DNA from: Eledone cirrhosa
Taxonomy: Eukaryota
DNA: 64,000 nt
Direction of reading: 5' to 3'
Assembly (NCBI GenBank): GCA_964016885.1
Contig: OZ024756.1
Location: 42,966,001 to 43,030,000 of the forward strand
The notes under the pieces are model-generated. The model had not been told where the DNA came from, made no database searches, and saw only the letters and a program-made list of their open reading frames with translations. Made by a program: the position numbers and the translations under genes. Numbering within the stretch: the stretch's first letter is position 1; every line of letters starts with the position of its first letter. Shown here one piece after another: positions 1-17,429 of the stretch.

Positions 1-3000
1 TTAGACACACACTAGAGACAGACATTGGACACACACTAGAGACAGACATTGGACACACACTAGAGACAGACATTGGACACACACACTAGAGACAGACATT
101 GGACACACACCAGAGACAGAAATTGGAGACACAGTAAAGACAGATATTGGACACGCACTAGAGACAGACATTGGACACACTAGAGACAGACATTGGACAC
201 ACACTAGAGACAGACATTGGACACACACTAGAGACAGACATTGGACACACACTAGAGACAGATATTGGACACACACTAGAGACAGACATTGGACACACAT
301 TAGAGACAGACATTGGACACACACTAGAGACAGACATTGGACACACACTAGAGACAGACATTGGACACACACTAGAGACAGACATTGGACACACACCAGA
401 GTCAGATATTGGACACACACACTAGTGAAAGACATTGGATACACAAAAGAGACAGACATTAGACACACACCAGAGACAGACATTGGACACACACCAGTGA
501 CAGACATTTGACACACACTAGAGACAGACATTGGACACACACTAGAGACAGACATTGGACACACACTAGAGACAGACATTGGACACACACTAGAGAAAAA
601 CATTTGACACACACTAGAGACAGACATTGGACACACACACTAGAGACAGACATTGGACACACACTAGAGACAGATATTAGACACACACTAGAGACAGACA
701 TTGGACACACACACTAGAGACAGACATTAGACACACACTAGAGACAGACATTGGACACACACACTAGGGACAGACATTGGAGACACACTAGGTACAGACA
801 TTGGACACACACTAGAGACAGACATTGGACACACTTTAGAGACAGACACTGGACACACACTAGAGACAGACATCGGACACACACACTAGAGACAGACATT
901 GGACACACACACTAGAGACAGACATTGGACACACACTAGAGACAGACATTGGACACCAACTAGAGACAGACATTGGACACACTAGAGACAGACATTGGAC
1001 ACACACTAGAGACAGACATTGGACACACACTAGAGACAGACAATGGACACACACCAGAGACAGACATTGGACACACACCAGAGACAGACATTGGACACAC
1101 ACTAGAGACAGACATTGGACACACACACTAGAGACAGACATTGGACACACACACTAGGGTCAGACATTGGAGACACACTAGATACAGACATTGGACACAC
1201 ACCAGAGACAGACATTGGACACAAACCAGAGACAGACATTGGACACACACTAGAGACAGACATTGGACACACACCAAAGACAGACATTGGACACACACAA
1301 GAGACAGACATTGGACACACACTAGAGACAGACATTGGACACACACTAGAGACAGACATTGGACACACTAGAGACAGACATTGGTCACACACTAGAGACA
1401 GACATTGGACACACACTAGAGACAGACATTAGACACACACTAGAGACAGACATTGGACACACACTAGAGACAGACATTGGACACACACTAGAGACAGACA
1501 TTGGACACACATTAGAGACAGACGTTGGACACACATTAGAGACAGACATTGGACACACACTAGAGACAGACATTGGACACACACTAGAGACAGACATTGG
1601 ACACACTAGAGACAGACATTGGACACACTAGTGACAACATTGGACATACACACTAGAGACAGACATTGGACACACACATTAGAGACAGACATTGGACACA
1701 CACTAGAGACAGACATTGGACACACACTAGAGATAGACATTGGACACACATTAGAGACAGACATTGGACACACACGCTAGAGACAGACATTGGACACACA
1801 TACTAGAGACAGACATTGGACACACACTAGAGACAGACATTGGATACACACTAGAGACAGACATTGGACACACTAGAGACAGACATTGGGCACACACTAG
1901 AGACTGACATTGGACACACACTAGGGAAAGACATTGGAGACACTAGAGACAGACATTGGACACACACACTAGTGACAGACATTGGACACACACTAGAGAC
2001 AGACATTGAACACACAGTAAAGACAGATATTGGACACACACTAGAGACAGACATTGGACACACTAGAGATAGACATTGGACACACACTAGAGACAGACAT
2101 TGGACACACACTAGAGACAGATATTGGACACACACTAGAGACAGACATTGGACACACACACTAGAGAAAGACACTGGATACACAAAAGAGACAGACATTA
2201 GACACACACCAGAGACAGACATTGGACCCACACTAGAGACAGACATTGGACACACACCAGAGACAGACATTTGACACACACTAGAGACAGACATTGGACA
2301 AACACTAGAGACAGACATTGGACACACAACAGAGACAGACATTGGACACACACTAGAGAAAAACATTTGACACACACTAGAGACAGACATTGGAGACACA
2401 CACTAGAGACAGACATTGGACACACACTAGATACAGATATTGGACACACACTAGAGACAGACATTGGACACACACTAGAGACAGACATTGGAGACACACT
2501 AGAGACAGACATTGGACCCACACTAGAGACAGACATTGGACACACACCAGAGACAGACATTGGACACACACCAGAGACAGACATTGGACACACACTAGAG
2601 ACAGACATTTGACACACACCAGAGACAGACATTGGACACACACTAGAGACAGACATTGGACACACACACTAGAGACAGACATTGGACACACACACTAGGG
2701 ACAGACATTGGAGACACACTAGATACAGAAATTGGACACACACTAGAGACAGACATTGGACACACACTTGAGACAGACATTGGACACACACTAGAGACAG
2801 ACATTGGACACACACTAGAGACAGACATTGGACACACTAGAGACAGACATTGGTCACACACTAGAGACAGACATTGGACACACACTAGAGACAGACATTA
2901 GACACACACTAGAGACAGACATTGGACACACACTAGAGACAGACATTGGACACACACTAGAGACAGACATTGGACACACACACTAGAGACAGACATTGGA

Positions 3001-6000
3001 CACACACCAGAGACAGAAATTGGAGACACAGTAAAGACAGATATTGGACACGCACTAGAGACAGACATTGGACACACTAGAGACAGACATTGGACACACA
3101 CTAGAGACAGACATTGGACACACACTAGAGACAGATATTGGACACACACTAGAGACAGACATTGGACACACATTAGAGACAGACATTGGACACACACTAG
3201 AGACAGACATTGCACACACACTAGAGACAGACATTGGACACACACTAGAGACAGACATTGGACACACACCAGAGTCAGATATTGGACACACACACTAGAG
3301 AAAGACATTGGATACACAAAAGAGACAGACATTAGACACACACCAGAGACAGACATTGGACACACACCAGAGACAGACATTTGACACACACTAGAGACAG
3401 ACATTGGACACACACTAGAGACAGACATTGGACACACACTAGAGACAGACATTGGACACACACTAGAGAAAAACATTTGACACACACTAGAGACAGACAT
3501 TGGACACACACACTAGAGACAGACATTGGACACACACTAGAGACAGATATTAGACACACACTAGAGACAGACATTGGACACACACACTAGAGACAGACAT
3601 TAGACACACATTAGAGACAGACATTGGACACACACACTAGGGACAGACATTGGAGACACACTAGATACAGACATTGGACACACACTAGAGACAGACATTG
3701 GACACACTTTAGAGACAGACACTGGACACACACTAGAGACAGACATTTGACACACACTAGAGACAGACATCGGACACACACACTAGAGACAGACATTGGA
3801 CACACACACTAGAGACAGACATTGGACACCAACTAGAGACAGACATTGGACACACTAGAGACAGACATTGGACACACACTAGAGACAGACATTGGACACA
3901 CACTAGAGACAGACAATGGACACACACCAGAGACAGACATTGGCCACACACCAGAGACAGACATTGGACACACACTAGAGACAGACATTGGACACACACT
4001 AGAGACAGACATTGGACACACACACTAGGGTCAGACATTGGACACACACTAGAGACAGACAATGGACACACACCAGAGACAGACATTGGCCACACACCAG
4101 AGACAGACATTGGACACACACTAGAGACAGACAATGGACACACACCAGAGACAGACATTGGCCACACACCAGAGACAGACATTGGACACACACTAGATAC
4201 AGACATTGGACACACACCAGAGACAGACATTGGACACAAACCAGAGACAGACATTGGACACACACTAGAGACAGACATTGGACACACACCAAAGACAGAC
4301 ATTGGACACACACAAGAGACAGACATTGGACACACACTAGAGACAGACATTGGACACACACTAGAGACAGACATTGGACACACTAGAGACAGACATTGGT
4401 CACACACTAGAGACAGACATTGGACACACACTAGAGACAGACATTAGACACACACTAGAGACAGACATTGGACACACACTAGAGACAGACATTGGACACA
4501 CACTAGAGACAGACATTGGACACACATTAGAGACAGACGTTGGACACACATTAGAGACAGACATTGGACACACACTAGAATCAGACATTGGACACACACT
4601 TGAGACAGACATTGGACACACTAGAGACAGACATTGGACACACTAGTGACAACATTGGACATACACACTAGAGACAGACATTGGACACACACATTAGAGA
4701 CAGACATTGGACACACACTAGAGACAGACATTGGACACACACCAGAGACAGACATTGGACACACACTAGAGACAGACATTGGACACACACTAGAGATAGA
4801 CATTGGACACACATTAGAGACAGAGATTAGACACACACTAGAGACAGACATTGGACACACACTAGAGACAGACATTGGACACACACGCTAGAGACAGACA
4901 TTGGACACACATACTAGAGACAGACATTGGACACACACTAGAGACAGACATTGGATACACACTAGAGACAGACATTGGACACACTAGAGACAGACATTGG
5001 GCACACACTAGAGACTGACATTGGACACACACTAGAGAAAGACATTGGAGACACTAGAGACAGACATTGGACACACACACTAGTGACAGACATTGGACAC
5101 ACACTAGAGACAGACATTGAACACACAGTAAAGACAGATATTGGACACACACTAGAGACAGACATTGGACACACTAGAGATAGACATTGGACACACACTA
5201 GAGACAGACATTGGACACACACTAGAGACAGATATTGGACACACACTAGAGACAGACATTGGACACACATTAGAGACAGACATTGGACACACACTAGAGA
5301 CAGACATTGGGCACACACTAGAGACAGACATTGGACACACACTAGAGACAGACATTGGACACACACCAGAGTCAGATATTGGACACACACACTAGATAAA
5401 GACACTGGATACACAAAAGAGACAGACATAAGACACACACCAGAGACAGACATTGGACCCACACTAGAGACAGACATTGGACACACACCAGAGACAGACA
5501 TTTGACACACACTAGAGACAGACATTGGACAAACACTAGAGACAGACATTGGACACACACTAGAGACAGACATTGGACACACACTAGAGAAAAACATTTG
5601 ACACACACTAGAGACAGACATTGGACACACACACTAGAGACAGACATTGGACAAACACTAGATACAGATATTGGACACACACTAGAGACAGACATTGGAC
5701 ACACACACTAGAGACAGACATTAGACACACACTAGAGACAGACATTGGACACACACACTAGAGACAGACATTGGAGACACACTAGATACAGACATCGGAC
5801 ACACACTAGAGACATACATTGGACACACTTTAGAGACAGACACTGGACACACACTAGAGACAGACATTGGACACACACTAGAGACAGACATCGGACACAC
5901 ACACTAGAGACAGACATTGGACACACACACTAGAGACAGACATTGGACACACACTAGAGACACACATTGGAGACACACTAGAGACAGACATTGGACACAC

Positions 6001-7500
6001 ACTAGAGACAGACATTGGACACCAACTAGAGACAGACATTGGACACACTAGAGACAGACATTGGACACACACTAGAAACAGACATTGGACACACACAAGA
6101 GACAGACATTGGACACACACTAGAGACAGACATTGGACACACACTAGAGACAGACATTGGACACACTAGAGACAGACATTGGTCACACACTAGAGACAGA
6201 CATTGGACACACACTAGAGACAGACATTAGACACACACTAGAGACAGACATTGGACACACACTAGAGACAGACATTGGACACACACTAGAGACAGACATT
6301 GGACACACATTAGAGACAGACGTTGGACACACATTAGAGACAGACATTGGACACACACTAGAGACAGACATTGGACACACACTAGAGACAGACATTGGAC
6401 ACACTAGAGACAGACATTGGACACACTAGTGACAACATTGGACATACACACTAGTGACAGACATTGGACACACACTAGAGACAGACATTGGACACACACC
6501 AGAGACAGACATTGGACACACACTAGAGACAGACATTGGACACACACTAGAGACAGACATTGGACACACACCAGAGACAGACATTGGACACATACTAGAG
6601 ACAGACATTGGACACACACTAGAGACAGACATTGGACACACACACTAGAGACAGACATTGGACACACACTAGAGACAGACATTGGATACACACTAGAGAC
6701 AGACATTGGACACACTAGAGACAGACATTGGGCACAGACTAGAGACTGACGTTGGACACACACTAGAGAAAGACATTGGAGACACTAGAGACAGACATTG
6801 GACACACACACTAGTGACAGACATTGGACACACACTAGAGACAGACATTGAACACACAGTAAAGACAGATATTGGACACACACTAGAGACAGACATTGGA
6901 CACACTAGAGACAGACATTGGACACACACTAGAGACAGACATTGGACACACACTAGAGATAGACATTGGACACACACACTAGTGACAGACATTGGACACA
7001 CACTAGAGACAGACATTGAACACACAGTAAAGACAGATATTGGACACACACTAGAGACAGACATTGGACACACTAGAGACAGACATTGGACACACACTAG
7101 AGACAGACATTGGACACACACTAGAGACAGATATTGGACACACACTAGAGACAGACATTGGACACACATTAGAGACAGACATTGGACACACACTAGAGAC
7201 AGACATTGGACACACACTAGAGACAGACATTGGACACACACGAGAGACAGACATTGGACACACACTAGAGACAGACATTGGAGACACACACTAGAGAAAA
7301 ACATTTGACACACATTAGAGACAGACATTGGACACACACACTAGAGACAGACATTGGACACACACTAGAGACAGATATTGGACACACACTAGAGACAGAC
7401 ATTGGACACACACACTAGAGACAGACATTAGACACACACTAGAGACAGACATTGGACACACACTAGAGACAGACATTGGACACACACACTAGGGACAGAC
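1..7500. repeat. Array domain I: irregular higher-order repeat (period ~2.9-3.1 kb, then ~1.8 kb)
   Basis: Markers recur here: GTAAAGAC, GAGAAAAACATTTG, CACCAACTAG, CTTTAGAG, and the deletion unit CTAGTGACAACATTGGACATACA at 1628, 4643 and 6426. Matching ORF translations are offset by 2873 (508/3381), 3015 (1359/4374) and 1783 (4374/6157). Confidence 0.85.
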
Positions 7501-10500
7501 ATTGGAGACACACTAGATACAGACATTGGACACACACTAGAGACAGACATTGGACACACTTTAGAGACAGACATTGGACACACACCAGAGACAGACATTG
7601 GACACACACTAGAGACAGACATTGGACAAACACTAGAGACAGACATTGGACACACACTAGAGACAGACATTGGACACACACCAAAGACAGACATTGGACA
7701 CACACTAATGACAGACATTGGACAGACACTAGAGACAGACATTGGACACACACTAGAGACAGACATTGGACACACACTAGAGACAGACATTGGACACACA
7801 CTAGAGACAGACATCGGACACACACACTAGAGACAGACATTGGACACACACAGTAGAGACAGACATTGGACACACACTAGAGACAGACATTGGAGAAACA
7901 CTAGAGACAGACATTGGACACACACTAGAGACAGACACTGGACACACACTAGAGACAGACATTGGACACACACTAGAGACAGACATTGGACACACACACT
8001 AGTGACAGATATTGGACACACACTAGAGACACACATTGGACACACACTAGAGACAGACATCGGACACACACACTAGAGACAGACATTGGACACACACACT
8101 AGAGACAGACATTGGACACACACTAGAGACAGACATTGGACACACACTAGTGACAGACATTGGACACACACTAGAGACAGACATTGGACACACAGTAGAG
8201 ACAGACATTGGACACACACTAGAGACAGACATTGGACACACACTAGAGACAGACATTGGACACACACACTAGTGGCAGATATTGGACACACACTAGAGAC
8301 AGACATTGGACACCAACTAGAGACAGACATTGGACACACTAGAGACAGACATTGGACACACACTAGAGACAGACATTGGACACATACTAGAGACAGACAT
8401 TGGAGACACACTACAGACAGATATTGGACACACACTAGAGACAGACATTGGACACACACTAGAGACAGACATTGGACACACACTAGAGACAGACATTGGA
8501 CACACACCAGAGACAGACATTGGACACACACTAGAGACAGACATTGGACACACACTAGAGACTGACATTGGACACACACTAGAGACAGACATTGGACACA
8601 CACTAGAGACAAACATTGGACACACACACTGGTGACAGATATTGGACACACACTAGAGACAGAAATTGGTCACACACCAGAGACAGACATTGGACACACA
8701 CTAGAGACAGACATAGGACACACACACTAGTGACAGACATTGGACACACACTAGAGACAGACATTGTACACACACCAAAGACAGACATTGGACACACACA
8801 AATGACAGACATTGGACACACACTAGAGACAGACATTGGACACACACTAGAGACAGACATTGGACACACACTAGAGACAGACATTGGACACACACTAGAG
8901 ACAGACATTGGACACACACTAGAGACAGACAATGGACACACACCAGAGACAGACATTGGACACACACCAGAGACAGACATTGGACACACACTAGAGACAG
9001 ACATTGGACACACACACTAGAGACAGACATTGGACACACACACTAGGGACAGACATTGGAGACACACTAGAGACAGACATTGGACACACACTAGAGACAA
9101 ACATTGGACACACACTAGAGACAGACATTGGACACACATTAGAGACAGACATTGGACACACATTAGAGACAGACATTGGACACACACTAGAGACAGACAT
9201 TGGACACACACTAGAGACAGACATTTGACACACACTAGAGATAGACATTGGACACACACACTAGTGACAGATATTGGACACACACTAGAGACAGACATTG
9301 GACACACACTAGAGACAGACATTGGCCACACACTAGAGACAGACATTGGACACACACTAGATACAGACATTGGACACATACTAGAGACAGACATTGGAGA
9401 GACACTACAGACAGATATTGGACACACACTAGATACAGACATTGGACACACACCAGAGACAGACATTGGACACACACCAGAGACAGACATTGGACACATA
9501 CTAGAGACAGACATTGGACACACACTAGAGACTGACATTGGACACACACTAGAGACAGACATTGGACACACACACTGGTGACAGATATTGGACACACACT
9601 AGAGACAGACATTTGACACACACTAGAGACAGACATTGGACACACACCAGAGACAGACATTGGACACACACACTAGAGACAGACATTGGACACACACTAG
9701 AGACAGACATTGGACACATACTAGAGACAGACATGGGATACACACTACAGACAGACATTAGACACACGCTAGAGACAGCCATTGGACACACACACTAGGG
9801 ACAGACATTGGAGACACACTAGATACAGACGATGGACACACACTAGAGAGAGACATTGGACACACACTAGAGACAGACGTTGGACACACACTAGAGACAG
9901 ACATTGGACACACACTAGAGACAGACATTGGAAACGCACCAGAGACAGACATTGGACACACACCAGAGACAGACATTGGACACACACTAGAGACAGACAT
10001 TGGACACACACTAGAGACAGACATTGGACACACACCAGAGACAGACATTGGAAACACACTAGAGACAGACATTGGACACCATCTAGAGACAAACATTGGA
10101 CACGCACTAGATACAGACATTGGACACACACTAGAGACAGACTTTGGAAACACACTAGAGACAGACATTGGACACCATCCAGAGACAAACATTGGACACA
10201 CACTAGATACAGACATTGGACACACACTAGAGACAGACATTGGACACACACACTAGAGACAGACATTGGACACACACACTAGAGACAGACATTGGACACA
10301 CACACTAGAGACAGACATTGGATACACGCTAGAGACAGACATTGGACACACACTAGAGACAGACTTTGGACACACACTAGAGACAGACATCGGACACACA
10401 CACTAGAGACAGACATTGGACACACACACTAGAGGGAGACATTGGACACACACACTAGAGACAGACATTGGAGACACACTAGAGACAGACATTGGACACA

Positions 10501-13099
10501 CACTAGAGACAGACATTGGACACACACTAGAGACAGACATTGGATATACAGTAGAGACAGACATTGGACACACACTAGAGACAGACATTTGACACACACT
10601 AGAGACAGACATTGGACACACACTAGAGACAGACATTGGATACACAGTAGAGACAGACATTGGACACACACTAGAGTCAGACATTTGACACACACACTAG
10701 TGACAGATATTGGACACACACTAGAGACAGACATTGGACACACATTAGAGACAGACATTGGACACACACTAGAGACAGACATTGGACACACACTAGAGAC
10801 AGACATTGGACAGATACTAGAGACAGACATTGGACACACTAGAGACAGACATTGGACACACACTAGAGACAGACATTGGACACACACTAGAGACAGACAT
10901 TGGTCACACACTAGAGACAGACATTGGACACACACTAGAGACAGACATTGGACATACATTAGAGAAAGACGTTGGACACACGTTAGAGACAGACATTGGA
11001 CACACACTAAAGACAGACATTGGACACACACTAGACACAAACATTGGACACACTAGAGACAGACATTGGACATACACACTAGAGACAGATATTGGACACA
11101 CACTAGAGACAGACATTGGACACACACACTAGAGACAGACATTAGACACACTCTAGAGACAGACATTGGACACACACACTAGGGACAGACATTGGAGACA
11201 CACTAGAGACAGACATTGGACACACACTAGAGACAGACATTGGACACACACTAGAGACAGACATTGGACACATACCAGAGACAGACATTGGACACACACC
11301 AGTGACAGACATTAGAGACACACTAGAGACAGACATTGGACACACACTAGAGACAGACATTGGACACACACCAGAGACAGACATTGGACACACGCTAGAG
11401 ACAGACATTGGACACACACTAGAGACAGACATTGGACACACACACTAGAAACAGACATTGGACACACACTAGAGACAGACATTGGACACACACCAGAGAC
11501 AGACATTGGACACACACTAGAGACAGACATTGGACACACACTAGAGACAGACATTGGACACACACACTAGAGACAGACATTGGACACACACCAGAGACAG
11601 ACATTGGAGACACAGTAGAGACAGACATTGGACACAAACTAGAGACAAACATTGGACACACACTAGGTACAGACATTGGACACACACTAGAGACAGACAT
11701 TGGACACACACACTAGAGACAGACATTGGACACACACGCTAGAGACAGACATTGGACACACACTACAGACAGACTTTGGACACACACTAGAGACAGACAT
11801 CGGACACACACACTAGAGACAGACATTGGACACACACTAGAGACAGACATTGGACACACATTAGAGACAGAGATTAGACACACACTAGATACAGACATTG
11901 GACACACACTAGAGACAGATATTGGACACACACACTAGAGACAGACATTGGACACACACTAGAGACAGACATTGGACACACACCAGAGACAGACATTGGA
12001 CACACACACTAGAGACAGACATTGGACACACACTAGAGACAGACATTGGACACATACTAGAGACAGACATTGGACACACACTACAGACAGACATTGGACA
12101 CACACTAGATACAGACATTGGACACACACTAGAGACAGACATTGGACACACACCAGAGACAGACATTGGACACACACTAGAGACAGACATTGGACATACA
12201 CACTAGAGACAGATATTGGACACACACTAGAGACAGACATTGGACAGACACTAGAGACAGACATTGGACACACACTAGAGACAGACATTGGACACACACT
12301 AGAGACAGACATTGGACACACACTAGAGACAGACATTGGACACACACTAGAGACAGACATTGGATAAACAGTAGAGACAGACATTGGACACACACTAGAG
12401 ACAGACATTTGACACACACTAGAGACAGACATTGGACACACACTAGAGACAGACATTGGACACACACTAGAGACAGACATTGGACACACACTAGAGACAG
12501 ACATTGGACACACACTAGAGACAGACATTGGACACACTAGAGACAGACATTGGACACACTAGAGACAGACATTGGTCACACACTAGAGACAGACATTGGA
12601 CACACACTAGAGACAGACATTGGACACACGATAGAGACAGACATTGGACACACATTAGAGACAGATATTGGACACACGTTAGAGACAGACATTGGACACA
12701 CACTAGAGACAGACATTGGACACACACTAGAGACAGACATTGGACACACACCAGAGACAGACATTGGACACACACTAGAGACAGACATTGGACACACACT
12801 AGAGACAGACATTGGACACACACACTAGAGACACATATTGGACACACACACTAGAGACAGACATTGGACACACTAGAGACAGACATTGGACATACACACT
12901 AGTGACAGACATTGGACACACACTAGAGAAAGACATTGTACACACACCAGAGACAGACATTGGACACACACTAGAGACAGACATTGGACACACACTAGAG
13001 ACAGACATTGGACACACACCAGAGACAGACATTAGACACACACTAGAAACAGACATTGGACACACACTAGAGACAGGCATTGGACACACACACTAGAGA

Positions 13100-16000
13100 C
13101 ACACATTGGACACACACACTAGAGACAGACATTGGACACACACTAGAGACAGACATAGGATACACACTAGAGACAGACATTGGACACACTAGAGACAGAC
13201 ATTGGGCACACACTAGAGACTGACATTGGACACACACTAGAGACAGACATTGGAGACACTAGAGACAGACATAGGACACACACACTAGTGACAGACATTG
13301 GACACACACTAGAGACAGACATTGGACACCCACTAGAGACACACATTGGAGACACATTAGAGACAGAGATTAGACACACACTAGATACAGACATTGGACA
13401 CACACTAGAGACAGATATTGGACACACACTAGAGACAGACATTAGACACACACTAGAGACAGACATTGGACACACATTAGAGACAGACATTGGACACACA
13501 CTAGAGACAGACATTGGACACACATTAGAGACAGACATTGGACACACATTAGAGACAGACATTGGACACACACTAGAGACAGACATTGGACACATACTAG
13601 AGACAGACATTTGACACACACTAGAGACAGACATAGGACACACACACTAGTGACAGACATTGGACACACACTAGAGACAGACATTGGCCACACACTAGAG
13701 ACAGACATTGGACACACACTAGAGACAGACATTGGACACATACTAGAGACAGACATTGGAGAGACACTACAGACAGATATTGGACACACACTAGATACAG
13801 ACATTGGACACACACCAGAGACAGACATTGGACACACACTAGAGACAGACATTGGACACACACCAGAGACAGACATTGGACACATACTAGAGACAGACAT
13901 TGGACACACACTAGAGCCTGACATTGGACACACACTAGAGACAGACATTGGACACACACTAGAGACAGACATTGGACACACACACTGGTGACAGATGTTG
14001 GACACACACTAGAGACAGACATTGGACACACACTAGAGACAGACATTGGACACACCTCAGAGACAGACATTGGACACACACACTAGAGACAGACATTGGA
14101 CACACACTAGAGACAGACATTGGACACATACTAGAGACAGACATGGGATACACACTACAGACAGACATTAGACACACGCTAGAGACAGCCATTGGACACA
14201 CACACTAGGGACAGACATTGGAGACACACTAGATACAGACGTTGGACACACACTAGAGACAGATATTGGACACACACTAGAGACAGACATTGGACACACA
14301 CTAGAGACAAACATTGGACACACACTAGAGACAGACATTGGAGACACACTAGAGACAGACATTGGACACACACTAGAGACAGACATTGGCAACACACCAG
14401 AGACAGACATTGGACACACACCAGAGACAGACATTGGACACACACTAGAGATAGACATTGGACACACACTAGAGACAGACATTGGACACACACCAGAGAC
14501 AGACATTGGAAACACACTAGAGACAGACATTGGACACCATATAGAGACAAACATTGGACACACACTAGATACAGACATTGGACACACACTAGAGATAGAC
14601 ATTGGACACACACACTAGAGACAAACATTGGACACACACACTAGAGACAGACATTGGACACACACACTAGAGACAGACATTGGATACACGCTAGAGACAG
14701 ACATTGGACACACACTAGAGACAGACTTTGGACACACACTAGAGACAGACATTGGACACACACACTAGAGACAGACATTGGACACACACTAGAGACAGAC
14801 ATAGGATACACACTAGAGACAGACATTGGACACACTAGAGACAGACATTGGGCACACACTAGAGACTGACATTGGACACACACTAGAGACAGACATTGGA
14901 GACACTAGAGACAGACATAGGACACACACACTAGTGACAGACATTGGACACACACTAGAGACAGACATTGGACACCCACTAGAGACAGACATTGGAGACA
15001 CATTAGAGACAGAGATTAGACACACACTAGATACAGACATTGGACACACACTAGAGACAGACATTGGACACACACTAGAGACAGACATTGGACACACACT
15101 AGAGACAGACATTGGACACACATTAGAGACAGACATTGGACACACATTAGAGACAGACATTGGACACACACTAGAGACAGACATTGGACACACACTAGAG
15201 ACAGACATTTGACACACACTAGAGACAGACATTGGACACACACACTAGTGACAGATATTGGACACACACTAGAGACAGACATTGGACACACACTAGAGAC
15301 AGACATTGGCCACACACTAGAGACAGACATTGGACACACACTAGAGACAGACATTGGACACATACTAGAGACAGACATTGGAGAGACACTACAGACAGAT
15401 ATTGGACACACACTAGATACAGACATTGGACACACACCAGAGACAGACATTGGACACACACTAGAGACAGACATTGGACACACACCAGAGACAGACATTG
15501 GACACATACTAGAGACAGACATTGGACACACACTAGAGCCTGACATTGGACACACACTAGAGACAGACATTGGACACACACTAGAGACAGACATTGGACA
15601 CACACACTGGTGACAGATGTTGGACACACACTAGAGACAGACATTGGACACACACTAGAGACAGACATTGGACACACCTCAGAGACAGACATTGGACACA
15701 CACACTAGAGACAGACATTGGACACACACTAGAGACAGACATTGGACACATACTAGAGACAGACATGGGATACACACTACAGACAGACCTTAGACACACG
15801 CTAGAGACAGCCATTGGACACACACACTAGGGACAGACATTGGAGACACACTAGATACAGACGTTGGACACACACTAGAGACAGACATTGGACACACACT
15901 AGAGACAGACATTGGACACACACTAGAGACCGACATTGGACACACACTAGAGACAGACATTGGAGACACACTAGAGACAGACATTGGACACACACTAGAG

Positions 16001-16370
16001 ACAGACATTGGCAACACACCAGAGACAGACATTGGACACACACCAGAGACAGACATTGGACACACACTAGAGACAGACATTGGACACACACTAGAGACAG
16101 ACATTGGACACACACCAGAGACAGACATTGGAAACACACTAGAGACAGACATTGGACACCATATAGAGACAAACATTGGTCACACACTAGATACAGACAT
16201 TGGACACACACTAGAGACAGACATTGGACACACACACTAGAGACAAACATTGGACACACACACTAGAGACAGACATTGGACACACACACTAGAGACAGAC
16301 ATTGGATACACGCTAGAGACAGACATTGGACACACACTAGAGACAGACTTTGGACACACACTAGAGACAG
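13100..16370. repeat. ~1.62-kb tandem duplication, with a more diverged partial copy at ~9.1-10.4 kb
   Basis: ORF offsets 13959/15581 and 14168/15790 are 1622, and 9549/13959 and 9782/14192 are 4410. Marker GACAGCCATTGG lies near 9775, 14185 and 15807. Confidence 0.9.
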
Positions 16371-16439
16371 ACATCGGACAGACACACTAGAGACAGACAT
16401 TGGACACACACACTAGAGGGAGACATTGGACACACACTA

Positions 16440-17380
16440 GAGACAGACATTGGAGACACAGTAGAGACAGACATTGGACACACACTAGAGACAGACATTT
16501 GACACACACTAGAGACAGACATTTGACACACACATTAGTGACAGATATTGGACACACACTAGAGACAGACATTGGACACACATTAGAGACAGACATTGGA
16601 CACACACTAGAGACAGACATTGGACACACACTAGAGACAGACATTGGACACATACTAGAGACAGACATTGGACACACTAAAGACAGACATTGGACACACT
16701 AGAGACAGACATTGGTCACACACTAGAGACAGACATTGGACACACTAGAGACAGACATTGGACACACACTAGACACAGACATTGGACACACTAGAGACAG
16801 ACATTGGACACACTAGAGACACACATTGGACATACACACTAGTGACAGACATTGGACACACACTAGAGACAGACATTGGACACACACCAGAGACAGACAT
16901 TGGACACACACTAGAGACAGACATTGGATACACAGTAGAGACAGACATTGGACACACACTAGAGACAGACATTTGACACACACTAGAGACAGACATTTGA
17001 CACACACACTAGTGACAGATATTGGACACACACTAGAGACAGACATTGGACACACATTAGAGACAGACATTGGACACACACTAGAGACAGACATTGGACA
17101 CACACTAGAGACAGACATTGGACACATACTAGAGACAGACATTGGACACACTAAAGACAGACATTGGACACACTAGAGACAGACATTGGTCACACACTAG
17201 AGACAGACATTGGACACACTAGAGACAGACATTGGACACACACTAGACACAGACATTGGACACACTAGAGACAGACATTGGACACACTAGAGACACACAT
17301 TGGACATACACACTAGTGACAGACATTGGACACACACTAGAGACAGACATTGGACACACACCAGAGACAGACATTGGACA
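16440..17380. repeat. 474-bp tandem duplication
   Basis: ORF offsets 16769/17243, 16782/17256 and 16826/17300 are all 474. Both copies share the CTAAAGAC and CTAGACACAG markers. Confidence 0.88.
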
Positions 17381-17429
17381 CACACCAGAGACAGACATTG
17401 GACACACACTAGAGACAGACATTGGACAC

